DNA of 64,000 nt from a virus (Duplodnaviria; Caudoviricetes). Where the stretch lies: positions 28,052 through 92,051 of the IMG/VR virus record IMGVR_UViG_3300017814_000114. One strand, 5' to 3'. Each line of letters begins with the position of its first letter. Positions within the stretch are counted from its first letter, which is position 1. The translations under genes were made by a program, and so were the position numbers. The notes under the pieces were generated by a model. That model worked only from the letters and a program-made list of their open reading frames with translations, was not told where the DNA came from and ran no database searches. Shown here piece after piece: positions 8,417 through 18,670 of the stretch.

Positions 8417-8654
8417 TGTAGAAGGTGTATTGCTCAACGAAAAATCGTTGGCCATACTTAGAGACTTGCAAGAGGGTGATAACATCGGTATCGAGTTGTC
8501 TTGTCAGCTACTCGACACGACAATATACAATATTGCAAATCCCGACATGGGGATGTCGGAGCATGAAAGGCTTAGTACCGTTTCGGCTCTATTGGATTTC
8601 AAACGTCAGATAAACGAACTCAAAAAAGAGATGAACCATGAAACTACTGAATAA
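8403..8654 (+). CDS. Hypothetical phage protein
   Basis: Overlapping operon-like ORF. Confidence 0.6.
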   Translation: MKSFNVEGVLLNEKSLAILRDLQEGDNIGIELSCQLLDTTIYNIANPDMGMSEHERLSTVSALLDFKRQINELKKEMNHETTE

Positions 8655-8910
8655 TTTGGAAAATACGGAAGGGTTCGACAAGAAAGACCCGAAAAACACA
8701 ATATTTTGTTCCTATCTGCAAGGCAACCTTCCGGCAGACCTTAGCGATAAGAACAAGGTACTCAAATCGTCGCAAGACATCGTGGATGACTTGGCCGACA
8801 TGATAGAAGTCAGCATCAACGAAGTTGCCGATGTACTCGCCAACTCCGGGTATCTCGTTGTGACCGGAGACGACCATCTGCCACGATGGGCGATGCTACC
8901 GGGCAAATAA
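8638..8910 (+). CDS. Hypothetical phage protein
   Basis: Overlapping ORF followed by a hairpin at 8935..8964. Confidence 0.6.
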   Translation: MKLLNNLENTEGFDKKDPKNTIFCSYLQGNLPADLSDKNKVLKSSQDIVDDLADMIEVSINEVADVLANSGYLVVTGDDHLPRWAMLPGK

Positions 8911-8934
8911 GAAACATTTTTATTACATTTTTTC

Positions 8935-8966
8935 AAGTCGGGGCGTAGTGATACGGTCCGACTTTA
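8935..8966 (+). terminator. Hairpin, probable terminator
   Basis: aagtcgg..cgta-gtga-tacg..ccgactt stem-loop. Confidence 0.55.
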
Positions 8967-8988
8967 TAAAAAACACTATATTTGTAAC

Positions 8989-9084
8989 ATGTTAAGTATA
9001 CCTATTATGTTTGCAAGCAACGGTTCAGCAGTAGTCATCTTTATTATTTTGGTACTATGGTACTTGCTTAGCAAGAAGAAATAA
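8989..9084 (+). CDS. 31-aa single-TM peptide (not in the ORF track)
   Basis: MLSIPIMFASNGSAVVIFIILVLWYLLSKKK; TATATTTG box at 8977..8984. Confidence 0.45.
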   Translation: MLSIPIMFASNGSAVVIFIILVLWYLLSKKK

Positions 9085-9086
9085 TT

Positions 9087-9121
9087 GTCTTTTAAGCTGT
9101 AATTCCACTCTCGTAATTTTG
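9087..9121 (+). promoter_or_regulatory. Putative late promoter
   Basis: GTCTTTT-N20-TAATTTTG; same spacing at 25029, 34498, 48206, 54409. Confidence 0.65.
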
Positions 9122-9146
9122 AGAAAATCTAACAAAATTACGAGGT

Positions 9147-12100
9147 ATGGCTATTACACAAGAGGCAATTATCAGAATGTCCTTAAACGGACAACAACCT
9201 GAAGAGGAGCTGAAGAAACTGACCGAAGCACTGAAAAAGTATGAGACGGCAAGAGACAAAGCAATCGGCACAGGCGACAAAAAGACCGCACAAGAATATC
9301 AAAAGAAGATAAACGGCGTTAACAAAGAGATTCAACTGATTCAGCGGAATTGGGTGAATGTCAACCAAGTACTCAACAACTTATCCCTTACCGGAACAAA
9401 AGATCTTCACAAAACACTCAAGGCAATTAATAATGAGCTCAATTCGGGCAGAGTACAGAGAGGCTCTGAAGAATGGGACGCCTATCAGAAGAAACTCAGT
9501 ATGGTCAATGCGGAGCTTCGAAAGATTAGAGAGGAAGGCGGACAGGTTTCGAAAAATTCTTTCGAAAGGATAACCGATTTTGCCAATCGGATTTGGGGAG
9601 CTTATGTCATCGGGACAAGCGTTTATCAAGGAGTAAACTCATGGATAAACGACAAAGTCAACGATTTTGCCAAAATGGAAGAAGCCGAAAGCCAGGTAGT
9701 CAAATACACCAACCTGACTAAAAAAGAAGTAGAGGACGTAAACGAAGATTTTAAGAAACTGGACACCCGTACCGCTCGAGAACAGCTGAACAGCCTTGCC
9801 GGTGATGCCGGTAAATTGGGCATTGACGGCAAGAAGGGCATCGAAGATTTTGTCGATGCCGGTAACCAAATCAATATTGCACTGGGAGAGGACTTGGGAG
9901 CGGATGCTATCAAGAATATCGGTAAGCTCGCCATGATATTCGGCGAGGATCAAAGGCTTGGACTTAAAAAGGCGATGCTTTCCACAGGTTCCGCCATCAA
10001 CTACATCGGACAAAGTTCTTCAGCTGCCGAGCCCTATCTCGCCGACTTCCTCGGCGAAATGGGTAGTGTTGGCCATCAGGCAAAAATATCACAGGCGAAC
10101 TTGCTCGGCTATGCGTCTGTTCTTGACCAGAACAAAGTCGAAGCCTCTGTGGCATCTACCGCTTTTCAACAGCTTACTTTAAAGATGTTTCAAGAGCCTG
10201 CCAAATATGCCAAGATTGCGGGCGTGAGCCTCAAAGAATTTAAAACGCTGTTACAGGTCGATTCCAACAAAGCGATGCTTAGCTTCCTTTCCGGACTGTC
10301 CAGAGTAGGAGACCTTACCAAAGCGGCTCCCGTTATCAAATCGCTCGGACTTGACGGTCAAAAAGCGGCACAGGTCCTTACTGCCCTCTCGGGAAACATC
10401 GGTTTGATTGAACAGGAACAACGCAAGGCAAACCAGGCTTATAACGAAGCGACTAGCATCACCAAGGAATATAACGTACAGAACAATACCGCACAGGCTC
10501 GACTGGAAAAGATGCAAAAGCGGGCTCACGACTTGGCGGTCGAACTCGGCGGCAAATTATATCCGGGCATGGAATACACGTTTAGAATCGGAAGCAAGCT
10601 CGTCAAATTATCATCCGGAGCAATTGATTTTATCAAGGAGAACAGGGTTGAACTTGCCGCCTTGACACTTGCTTTAAGTGCCTACTATATCAAGGCGAAG
10701 TATACGACTGTCGTCAAATCGCTAAGCAATAACCTTCATAAATTAGCCGCGACATACAAAACGATCGATGCGTTGGCCACCGCTAAAATGGCACGCAACC
10801 AAGGGGCGTACAATGCCATACTCAAAGAGAGTGAAATACTTCAGCAAATGGGGAAAAAATCACTCGTCAACTACCAGGCAGCAATGTACCTTGTCATTGC
10901 CGCCAAAAACATTTTAATAGGTAAATTCAAAGAAGCCAGACTAGCCCTCAATGCCTTCGGCACCGCTATCAAAACGAATCCCTGGGGAATTGCGATAGCG
11001 GCGATTGCCGCCATCGGTTACGGTCTGTACAAATGGTATCAGAACCAAAAAGAAGCGAACCGGGCGACAGCCGAATTTTACAGTGCGGTATCCAAAGAAC
11101 GGGGCGAGCTGACGAATCTTTATAATCAGCTGGGAGCGACAAATCAAAAATCCAAAATGAGGGCTGAACTTATCAAAGAATTTAATGATAAATTCGGCAA
11201 GTACCTCACAAACCTACTGACCGAAAAGAGTACCATCGCCGATATCAAGAACGCCTACGAACAGGCAACCGTGGCAATGAACGACTACTATGCCCGACAG
11301 GTACTCGACAAGGAGACCGGCGATATCATGTCCAAACATGTCAAAGATAACGGTGAGCTGCTGCAAGGGGCAGTCGGTGGATTGACAAAAGCGACGGACA
11401 ACCAAAAAGCGAAAGCATCTCAAATCATCGTCGACGCAATCAACAGTGCCATTCAGAAATCTCCGAATATTGGCAAAGAAGGGTTGATGAAATCGATTAA
11501 CGGACAAGTGCAAAAAGGACTGGGGCTGGATTATTCGGGCTTTTGGAACTTAATGTATGGAAACTCTGCCGGACGGGATTGGCATGGCAACATCAGTGAA
11601 CTCATTGACAATATGCAGAAGGATAATCAAAAAGTCATTAACGTTCGCAATCAACTTCGCCCATGGATTAAACATGACAGACCGGTTGCACAACAGGAGC
11701 AAGTGCAAAACAACACGAATCTCGGAGGCACACCCGATACCGGAACATCACTCACCGAAGCGCAACAGAAAAAGATAATGGAGAGAAAGCTGAAACTCAT
11801 AGAAGCATCCAACGACAAAGAAAAAATAATGAATACCGCCCTATACGCTGCCGGCAAAGTATCAAAAGAGGAATATGACCTGTTCATGGAAGATAGCGAC
11901 GAGAAGCTGATAGATGCCAAGATGAAACTCTACCGCAAAGACTCAAAAGAGTACAATGACCTGCTTTTGCAGAAAACCCAAATGCAAGCGAAACGCAATG
12001 AGAGAGACAAAGCAGGCGATATCGAAACCGTCGACCGACAGACAGAACAACAAAAAGAAATGTATCTTAATATGTATACCCAACAGCTGATTGACAAAAA

Positions 12101-13511
12101 AGGATTCGATACGGCAATGGGAGAATTGGAATATGACACTTTGGAAAAGAAGCGAAACCTTTATATGAAAGGTTCAAAAGAATATAACGACTACCAGGCA
12201 CAAATGGATAGCTGGAGCCATAACGACAGATTGCAAAAACTGCAAGAGTTCGAGCAACGTCTCCAACAGATAAAAGAGTATTCCGAAAAGAAGACGGGTG
12301 ATGAACTGATGGCCGAAGATATAGCTTTCTGGGATGACTATTATAGCAAGATAGAAGGCAAAGAAAAAGAGCATCAGGAAATAATCGCCGCTATCCGCGC
12401 CCACTACAAACGACAGAAGGGCGAACAAGAAGTCGGGTTCGATGGAAACGCCAGGAAAGGAGCACAGCGCGGGCAGGATATATATAACCAGGCCAAAGGC
12501 GAAGTAGGAAATCAGGATAATCCGGGAAAAGACAGTATCTGGGATACTCTCTTTGGCAATGACGCCAAACTTCATTCAAAGGTAAAAGAGAAGATGAAGA
12601 ACATGGAGGGACAGATGGGCGTGAGTCATCAGGATGTATTAAACGGTATGGCCGCCGCCGATGAAGATTACTACAACCAACTTGCCGAGAAAGCCGAAAA
12701 AGCTTACCAGGTTGTAGGAGGGTTGATGTCCGCTTACTCTTCCTACGTCTCGGCAAGCCGTGATGTCGAGGTTGCTAAGACGACTAAAAATTACGACAAT
12801 CAAATAAAAGCGGCAGGCGAAAACACCACCAAAGGCAAGAAACTTGAAGAGCAGAAACAAAAAGAAATCGCCAAAATCAAAAACAAGTACAACAAAAAAT
12901 CCACCAACATACAAATAGCCCAGGCGATAGCGGAAACGGCAGTGTCAGCATTAAGAGCTTATGCCGCCGGTTGGAGTATGGGAGCTGCGGGACCGGTTTT
13001 AGCTCCGATATTCGCAGGTATTGCAACAGCTTCCGGCATGATACAGGTAGCAGCCATCAAGAAACAGGCACAGGCCCAGGACGAGGGTTATTACTCGGGC
13101 GGTTTCACCCCTTCGGACGCCAACAACAGAAAACCCGTCGGTACCGTACATGCCAATGAGTTTATCGCCAATCATCAAGCCACCGGCAACCCGAATCTTT
13201 TACCGGTACTTCGTCTGATCGACCATGCGCAAAAAAATAATACGGTCGGTTCTCTCACCGCTCAGGATGTGTCTAACACCATCGGCGGAGGAACATCATC
13301 GCCCATCAGCACAGGCAACTCGCCCGTCGACGCAATCAACATCAACTTCGACGCGGTCGCCGTCAGCCTGCAACACAACGCCGAAGTGATCGAAAGACTT
13401 CAGCAACAGCTCGAAGGCGGTATCGAATCGTATGTCACCATTGACGGCGAACATGGGTTCGAACGGCAATACAACCATTACAAGAAACTACAATCCAATA
13501 AATCACGCTGA
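9147..13511 (+). CDS. Tail tape measure protein, prophage A
   Basis: 1454 aa, mostly helical; TP901-type core, NPWG TM motif, GY.SGGFT...G.VH.NEF C-terminus. Confidence 0.92.
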   Translation: MAITQEAIIRMSLNGQQPEEELKKLTEALKKYETARDKAIGTGDKKTAQEYQKKINGVNKEIQLIQRNWVNVNQVLNNLSLTGTKDLHKTLKAINNELNSGRVQRGSEEWDAYQKKLSMVNAELRKIREEGGQVSKNSFERITDFANRIWGAYVIGTSVYQGVNSWINDKVNDFAKMEEAESQVVKYTNLTKKEVEDVNEDFKKLDTRTAREQLNSLAGDAGKLGIDGKKGIEDFVDAGNQINIALGEDLGADAIKNIGKLAMIFGEDQRLGLKKAMLSTGSAINYIGQSSSAAEPYLADFLGEMGSVGHQAKISQANLLGYASVLDQNKVEASVASTAFQQLTLKMFQEPAKYAKIAGVSLKEFKTLLQVDSNKAMLSFLSGLSRVGDLTKAAPVIKSLGLDGQKAAQVLTALSGNIGLIEQEQRKANQAYNEATSITKEYNVQNNTAQARLEKMQKRAHDLAVELGGKLYPGMEYTFRIGSKLVKLSSGAIDFIKENRVELAALTLALSAYYIKAKYTTVVKSLSNNLHKLAATYKTIDALATAKMARNQGAYNAILKESEILQQMGKKSLVNYQAAMYLVIAAKNILIGKFKEARLALNAFGTAIKTNPWGIAIAAIAAIGYGLYKWYQNQKEANRATAEFYSAVSKERGELTNLYNQLGATNQKSKMRAELIKEFNDKFGKYLTNLLTEKSTIADIKNAYEQATVAMNDYYARQVLDKETGDIMSKHVKDNGELLQGAVGGLTKATDNQKAKASQIIVDAINSAIQKSPNIGKEGLMKSINGQVQKGLGLDYSGFWNLMYGNSAGRDWHGNISELIDNMQKDNQKVINVRNQLRPWIKHDRPVAQQEQVQNNTNLGGTPDTGTSLTEAQQKKIMERKLKLIEASNDKEKIMNTALYAAGKVSKEEYDLFMEDSDEKLIDAKMKLYRKDSKEYNDLLLQKTQMQAKRNERDKAGDIETVDRQTEQQKEMYLNMYTQQLIDKKGFDTAMGELEYDTLEKKRNLYMKGSKEYNDYQAQMDSWSHNDRLQKLQEFEQRLQQIKEYSEKKTGDELMAEDIAFWDDYYSKIEGKEKEHQEIIAAIRAHYKRQKGEQEVGFDGNARKGAQRGQDIYNQAKGEVGNQDNPGKDSIWDTLFGNDAKLHSKVKEKMKNMEGQMGVSHQDVLNGMAAADEDYYNQLAEKAEKAYQVVGGLMSAYSSYVSASRDVEVAKTTKNYDNQIKAAGENTTKGKKLEEQKQKEIAKIKNKYNKKSTNIQIAQAIAETAVSALRAYAAGWSMGAAGPVLAPIFAGIATASGMIQVAAIKKQAQAQDEGYYSGGFTPSDANNRKPVGTVHANEFIANHQATGNPNLLPVLRLIDHAQKNNTVGSLTAQDVSNTIGGGTSSPISTGNSPVDAININFDAVAVSLQHNAEVIERLQQQLEGGIESYVTIDGEHGFERQYNHYKKLQSNKSR

Positions 13512-13513
13512 TT

Positions 13514-15334
13514 ATGACAGAGTTATTCATCAACAATAAAAGAATAGATTTAAATGATTCAATCAGTATCAAACTGGTGGACGAGAATAGTTATTTCACC
13601 GACTCGAGCAAGTACACGTATGACGTCGATGTACCGTTGAGAGGAAATGCGAATAACCTGAAAATACTCGGCAATCTGCAAAGGCTCGACGTCAACAAAG
13701 CCATTGTCAAAATGCCGGCAAGAATCATAGCGAACAACCAAAAAATAATTGACGGTACCGCAACGGTCACATCCGTCTCCGAGGATAAGATAAAAATACA
13801 GATTCTATCGGGTAACGCCGAACTCAACTTCTTGTCGAAATACGAAAAGCAGTACATCGATGAATTGAAATTGGGCTATGCGAAAAGAGCTGATGGGGTA
13901 ACCTTTTCAAACGATGAAGAAGTATGGAAATACGTACAGACGATGAGCGAAGATGACCGGTTCAAATTTCTGTACGGCAAATATGGAGATGCGAATTACG
14001 TATTCTTTCCAGCTTACAAAAATGATTTCGACGCCTGCTATAACAATTCGGGGTATCTCGATTGGGGTGAGACGGGCAATTACAGAGTGACGCTACATCG
14101 GTGTTATTGGCACGAAACGGCACAAAGATTCGAATGGGTAGACAGCATTAACGGAAGATTGGCCGCACAGCCTTATTTCTGTTATATCATCCGCCTTATT
14201 TTCGAAAAATTGGGCTATACTCTGGCGGAGAACCAGATAGAAAACACCCCGCTTAAAAACATTTTCATTGCCAATGCCATTAATATTTCAGACTTCGGGC
14301 AATGTCTCCCACATTGGACCATCAGCGAGTTCATGACACACGTCGAGCACTTTTTCGGGGTGATCTTCCGTATTGATGATGCCGACAAGAGAGTCCGGAT
14401 TATTGCACGGAATTCTTTCTATACCGCGGAGAATACGGAATACGTAGATAAGGTACTGAACGAATATACGGTCTCGAGCGATGCCGACGAAACGAAAGAT
14501 TTGTCCGACAGCAATCTTTCATATTCCTTCAGCAACAACGATCCTTATCTCAAAGTGGATGAAGACATCATCAGCAAAGCGCAGAAAAAAGAATTTGCAA
14601 ACGATGCGGAACTGTCCGCCTTCTGGAACTCGACGACAGACGAGAACAAATGTATCTATCTCTATTGTACAGAGGGTAAACAATACATTGATTACATGAT
14701 AAAAAACGGGAATAAGGAATCGCACAGCCTAAAAGAGATGAATCAATTTCGAAATCTGGTGAGAAACGAGAGTTCTGATAGTTCGGCCATCGAATTAAAG
14801 ATTGTTCCTGTTGCCATGATGTTGGCACATCAGATTTGGGACAATTACCATAGTGAAAGATTCGAGTGCCCGGTTATGGCACCGTCCGACTTCAGTTATG
14901 ACACGGCATCTATCAACATGCAAAATTTGATAGCGGGAAACGGTGGTACGGAGAAATCACAAGACATTATCGAGGTGGCAATGAATGACGGCATCAAACA
15001 GATGGTCACTCCCGAAGGTAGCAAATTTTATTATCCGTATCCTTTCGTCAGAACTTACGATGAACTCAAAGGAGAAAACAACAGGGGTTTTTCTTTTGAA
15101 CTGAATCAAATCAAAGGCAGGACAACCATGTACGACACCGTGTTCGGGCTATTGAATAAAATCAATACGAAATCGGAATATTGCATCAAATTCATATCCG
15201 ATAAAATGCCCAACGTCATGAAACGATTTATTATCAATAACAAAGCGTTCATTTGCGAAAAGATAGAATACAAAATCGATGCCAAGGGAATCGGCAAAGA
15301 AAAGACGGGGTACTTCTATGAAGCGGATTCATAA
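13514..15334 (+). CDS. Tail/baseplate protein
   Basis: Directly after the tape measure; N-terminal ENSYF...YTY...PL motif homologous to 52369..54405. Confidence 0.75.
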   Translation: MTELFINNKRIDLNDSISIKLVDENSYFTDSSKYTYDVDVPLRGNANNLKILGNLQRLDVNKAIVKMPARIIANNQKIIDGTATVTSVSEDKIKIQILSGNAELNFLSKYEKQYIDELKLGYAKRADGVTFSNDEEVWKYVQTMSEDDRFKFLYGKYGDANYVFFPAYKNDFDACYNNSGYLDWGETGNYRVTLHRCYWHETAQRFEWVDSINGRLAAQPYFCYIIRLIFEKLGYTLAENQIENTPLKNIFIANAINISDFGQCLPHWTISEFMTHVEHFFGVIFRIDDADKRVRIIARNSFYTAENTEYVDKVLNEYTVSSDADETKDLSDSNLSYSFSNNDPYLKVDEDIISKAQKKEFANDAELSAFWNSTTDENKCIYLYCTEGKQYIDYMIKNGNKESHSLKEMNQFRNLVRNESSDSSAIELKIVPVAMMLAHQIWDNYHSERFECPVMAPSDFSYDTASINMQNLIAGNGGTEKSQDIIEVAMNDGIKQMVTPEGSKFYYPYPFVRTYDELKGENNRGFSFELNQIKGRTTMYDTVFGLLNKINTKSEYCIKFISDKMPNVMKRFIINNKAFICEKIEYKIDAKGIGKEKTGYFYEADS

Positions 15335-16495
15335 GGCACCATCAAAATGCTTTGTCTCTTCGTGCACGGTCAGCGCATCCCCTTTTAAGTATTTGTTTGT
15401 AGTCGTAATGTCCGCATGACGTGCCTGATCTCTGGCTATGACGATGCCTTCGGCATTGGCCAAATCTCTGATGCCCGAATCTTTCAAGGAATAGAACTGA
15501 AGATTGGCAGGAAAATGAAGAGCCTTTCGTACTTTTATAAAAGCCTCTCGAAAGATACGCGAATCGGCTTTTTCCTCGCTCGGTCTGAAGTCGCGCCCGA
15601 ACAGATAACAAGTAGACGGTTTGGTCAGTGCATCAAGTTCTATCAACAGACGGCAAATCCCATCATTAAGCCCTACCATACCATCGCGACGGTTCTTCGA
15701 TATTGTTGAAGAGATAAATACCTTTTGCTCCTTCAGGTTGATATCCCCTATCCTGATATTGGATAATTCATCGGGACGAATAAAAGTATAGTATTCCATT
15801 TGACAGGCAAGCAAATAATTTTTGCTTTTCTTTTCAAGATAATTCCGGAGAGCCTGAAGCTGTTCATGAGTGAGGGCACTGCGGAACTTCTGGTTTTCCG
15901 GCAGAGTTTTTATGTTTTCACACGGATTTGTCAATAGGAATCTCTTTTCAAGCAACCACGAACAAAAGGCCGACAACCAGGTGCGATAATTATTCCGTGT
16001 TCGGGCCGAAGCATCACGGTCAAGTAAGATGTAATCGAGAAAATCGGAGATAAACGCCTGGTCAAACTGATACATATATATCACTGGTTGATAGCAACTG
16101 CCATTATATTCGCACAACATTTTGATGCGAGATTTGTAATCGATCGAAGTCTTATATTTCATCACGGAAGTAGCCAACAATTTATCGATGTATTTCATGT
16201 ATATATCAATGACTTCGGCAAGTTTATAATACTGCCTGTTCGACAAAACCTCAGCCCACGGATTCCAACCTTGGCGCAGACGGTTAGTTGCATTAACGAT
16301 GATTTCGGTCGCTCTTTTTCTTCTTTCCGATTTACTGGGAATCGAATCGAGCATATATCTCTTACGACGCATTTTACCTTCCGCCGGGTCCCAGCAGAAA
16401 AAATCAACATACCAATTTTTCTTTGTGTGAAGTTTCGGAAGTGTGTAAGTCACGATCTCGAATAACGAGCTTCTTTTCCTGTTTTTTGAAAACAT
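15329..16495 (-). CDS. int: Tyrosine integrase, prophage A
   Basis: FIRPDE, KNRR, YSLKDSG, ARH..I.TT.KY; start at MFSKNR set by alignment with integrase B. Confidence 0.92.
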   Translation of the reverse strand: MFSKNRKRSSLFEIVTYTLPKLHTKKNWYVDFFCWDPAEGKMRRKRYMLDSIPSKSERRKRATEIIVNATNRLRQGWNPWAEVLSNRQYYKLAEVIDIYMKYIDKLLATSVMKYKTSIDYKSRIKMLCEYNGSCYQPVIYMYQFDQAFISDFLDYILLDRDASARTRNNYRTWLSAFCSWLLEKRFLLTNPCENIKTLPENQKFRSALTHEQLQALRNYLEKKSKNYLLACQMEYYTFIRPDELSNIRIGDINLKEQKVFISSTISKNRRDGMVGLNDGICRLLIELDALTKPSTCYLFGRDFRPSEEKADSRIFREAFIKVRKALHFPANLQFYSLKDSGIRDLANAEGIVIARDQARHADITTTNKYLKGDALTVHEETKHFDGAL

Positions 16496-16551
16496 TTTTT
16501 TTACGTTTTTAAGAGTAAAAACGTATATGTTCAACAATCAAATTAAAATTT

Positions 16552-16743
16552 TTCGTCCGAAATTCGTCCGACTTGCTTTAGACGAAGAAGCGTAAACAAC
16601 TACCTTTTAGTTATTTACGCCCTATTTAGTTGCGGAGACTTGACGTGCAACAAAACATCGGGACATGATTCACAGCTAAAAATCAGCCAGATACAATTTC
16701 AAAAAACAGTTAATAATAATATTTTCGTCCGAAATCCGTCCGA
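16552..16743. other. att junction: arm-type repeats flanking a tRNA-3'-like core
   Basis: ttcgtccgaaattcgtccga (16552..16571) and ttcgtccgaaatccgtccga (16724..16743); core tagttgcggagac 16627..16639 (reverse complement GTCTCCGCAACTA). Confidence 0.7.
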
Positions 16744-16783
16744 GACAAAAGCAAATAAAAAATAGAAATTAAATATTTTTTAA

Positions 16784-17188
16784 TTAATCATTCACACCCT
16801 TCCTCTCTCGAAGGGTAATATTCTCCATCGCCATCTTTTTATATTTGTCAATCGCTTCATAAAGATCTTGACGAAGCTTAGCGTTCTCAATACGTAGTTC
16901 TTCGTTATCTTTTGCAAGAGAAACATACAGCTTTTGATAATAATTTTCTGATTTAAGCACAGAATCTCCTACATCTTCAGATTCAAGACGGAATATTTCC
17001 CCTTCTCCCGTTACCAGCCAGGTAGAATTCACTTCCGGGAATCTTGCTAAAATTTTAGCAAGCACATCACTACCAATACCCTTCTCAGACATCGTAGTAC
17101 CCCATCCGGGCGACATGCCAATTGCCATTGAAAATCCCCTCATACTTAAATTGAGGGCAGCAGCTAACTGCATCATTCTTTCCTTCAT
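16784..17188 (-). CDS. CI-like HTH repressor with coiled-coil C-terminus
   Basis: ERM..LA..L.LS...FS..IG, P.VN..WL.TGEG signature; divergent from the early operon. Confidence 0.85.
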   Translation of the reverse strand: MKERMMQLAAALNLSMRGFSMAIGMSPGWGTTMSEKGIGSDVLAKILARFPEVNSTWLVTGEGEIFRLESEDVGDSVLKSENYYQKLYVSLAKDNEELRIENAKLRQDLYEAIDKYKKMAMENITLRERKGVND

Positions 17189-17190
17189 GG

Positions 17191-17261
17191 TAAAATTTTA
17201 ATTAAATGATTAAAATATTAATTCTATTACTTGTTTATGACTAAAATATTAATTACGTTTG
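17191..17261. promoter_or_regulatory. Operator repeats and rightward early promoter
   Basis: TAAAATWTTAATT at 17191, 17211, 17242; TACGTTTG at 17254..17261. Confidence 0.65.
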
Positions 17262-17310
17262 CAAAGTATTTAATAATCCAATGCAACAAAGTTAATAAAA
17301 TCAATCAATT

Positions 17311-17553
17311 ATGGCAATACCACATTTTCGTTATTCGTTTGCAGCAGGCATGAAAAAATTAAAAGTTGAAGATGCCAAAGCAGTTAAAGAAGCTCTTTAT
17401 AGCTATCTTGGCTGTTCTGCCGAATCAGAATTCAGCAGAAAAAAAAGATCGTATAGAGATATGCCACATCATGTGTATCAACAAATATCAAAAATACTAG
17501 GAGAACATGGAGTGATGAGTGATGATATTTGGAAAATAACTCCTTGTGAATAA
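17311..17553 (+). CDS. Cro-position small protein
   Basis: First ORF divergent from the repressor, 80 aa. Confidence 0.55.
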   Translation: MAIPHFRYSFAAGMKKLKVEDAKAVKEALYSYLGCSAESEFSRKKRSYRDMPHHVYQQISKILGEHGVMSDDIWKITPCE

Positions 17554-17921
17554 TGAAACTTGATGCTAAACTAACCCCTAGGGAAAAGGATGTAGCAGAA
17601 TTTATCGGATTCGGTTATTCTATAAAAGAGACAGCTGATGCGCTTAATATTTCATTTGAGACAGTAAAAGTCATCATGAAACGCATATATGAAAAAGTTG
17701 GAATACAGAAATCTACAGAGCTATCAAAATACTGCTATTGCAAAAGATTCGGACTACCACTATCACAATGCGAGCCTGCACGTCGTTTCATCGCTGGGTG
17801 TTTTTTAGCTCTATTCCTTTTTTCAATCTTTACACAATCAGATTACCAAATATTTCGCCGGAGCCGTTCTGGACGTCGCTGTGAAACCGAAGTTAGAATC
17901 AGAGAAAAATTAGAGAACTAA
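17553..17921 (+). CDS. LuxR-type HTH regulator
   Basis: LTPREKDVA...G.SIKE.A..LNIS.ETVK....IY.K.GI. Confidence 0.85.
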   Translation: MKLDAKLTPREKDVAEFIGFGYSIKETADALNISFETVKVIMKRIYEKVGIQKSTELSKYCYCKRFGLPLSQCEPARRFIAGCFLALFLFSIFTQSDYQIFRRSRSGRRCETEVRIREKLEN

Positions 17922-17934
17922 ATACAAAAAAATC

Positions 17935-18282
17935 ATGGATCAAAAATTAATAGACGCATTCGAACAGAAAATCACTGTTACAAACAGTGCGATGCAAAGT
18001 GTAACCATCTTCCAAATGTCAGAAAAGACCTTCTCACTTTATTGTAATTTCTGTCCCTCATCCTTTCCATCTTTTATTGAGATGCTCGATCATTACACGA
18101 AAAATTCGATCGTTATACCCACTGAAATTGAGGAAATACAAAATTGCCCAGAGTCTGGTACCGGAGTCGTGAAAATATCTTCTTACAACCCATTCACAGC
18201 CATTATTTACGCACTCCGTTCGATTGTTGGCCAACAGCCAAAATCAATCATTAATAAGGGGAACAATCATGCCAGCCGGTGA
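17935..18282 (+). CDS. Hypothetical protein
   Basis: ORF within the early operon. Confidence 0.55.
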   Translation: MDQKLIDAFEQKITVTNSAMQSVTIFQMSEKTFSLYCNFCPSSFPSFIEMLDHYTKNSIVIPTEIEEIQNCPESGTGVVKISSYNPFTAIIYALRSIVGQQPKSIINKGNNHASR

Positions 18283-18667
18283 AATGTGGACTGCAGCTCA
18301 AGACAAGCTGCTCCGGGAAGAACTAGCAAAAGGGACACATATAAAGACGTTAGCACCCCGACTAGGTAAATCAGCTAAGGCCATCTATCTGTACTGCTAT
18401 CGCCATTATATACCTATGAAAACCCAGTGCAAAAATCCAATCATGAGAAAGATACTTGAAGTCAAGTTTGGTGACATTGAACTATTCCACCCAAATCGAG
18501 CCTTTTTCGACCGCACTGGAATATCTCAAAAACGATGGGCAGAGTTAGCATTTGGATATAGCCAGCCATCTGAAGAAGAAGTAAAACATGTGGTTAAAGC
18601 TATCAACTATGATGTTAACGACGCTCTTAAATTTTTTGATGCATTACAATTACCTTTATTTGAATAA
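18269..18667 (+). CDS. HTH-containing protein
   Basis: WT...D..L...LA..LGKS..AI N-terminus plus a second HTH-like segment; ATG at 18269 preferred. Confidence 0.65.
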   Translation: MPAGEMWTAAQDKLLREELAKGTHIKTLAPRLGKSAKAIYLYCYRHYIPMKTQCKNPIMRKILEVKFGDIELFHPNRAFFDRTGISQKRWAELAFGYSQPSEEEVKHVVKAINYDVNDALKFFDALQLPLFE

Positions 18668-18670
18668 CTC

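Larger units (their letters stand above)
1..16639. mobile_element. Prophage A (right portion; truncated by window start)
   Basis: Holin end, endolysin, spanin-like lipoprotein, tape measure, tail protein and tyrosine integrase ending at an att-like junction. Confidence 0.9.

Noticed and set aside
9183-15709. Many short antisense or alternate-frame ORFs inside long genes (also within 18.7-22.4 kb and 48-59 kb)
   Set aside because: Shadow ORFs of long coding sequences with no motifs or expression signals
16600-16700. Intact tRNA gene
   Set aside because: Only about 13 nt resemble a tRNA 3' end; no T-loop or anticodon arm is adjacent
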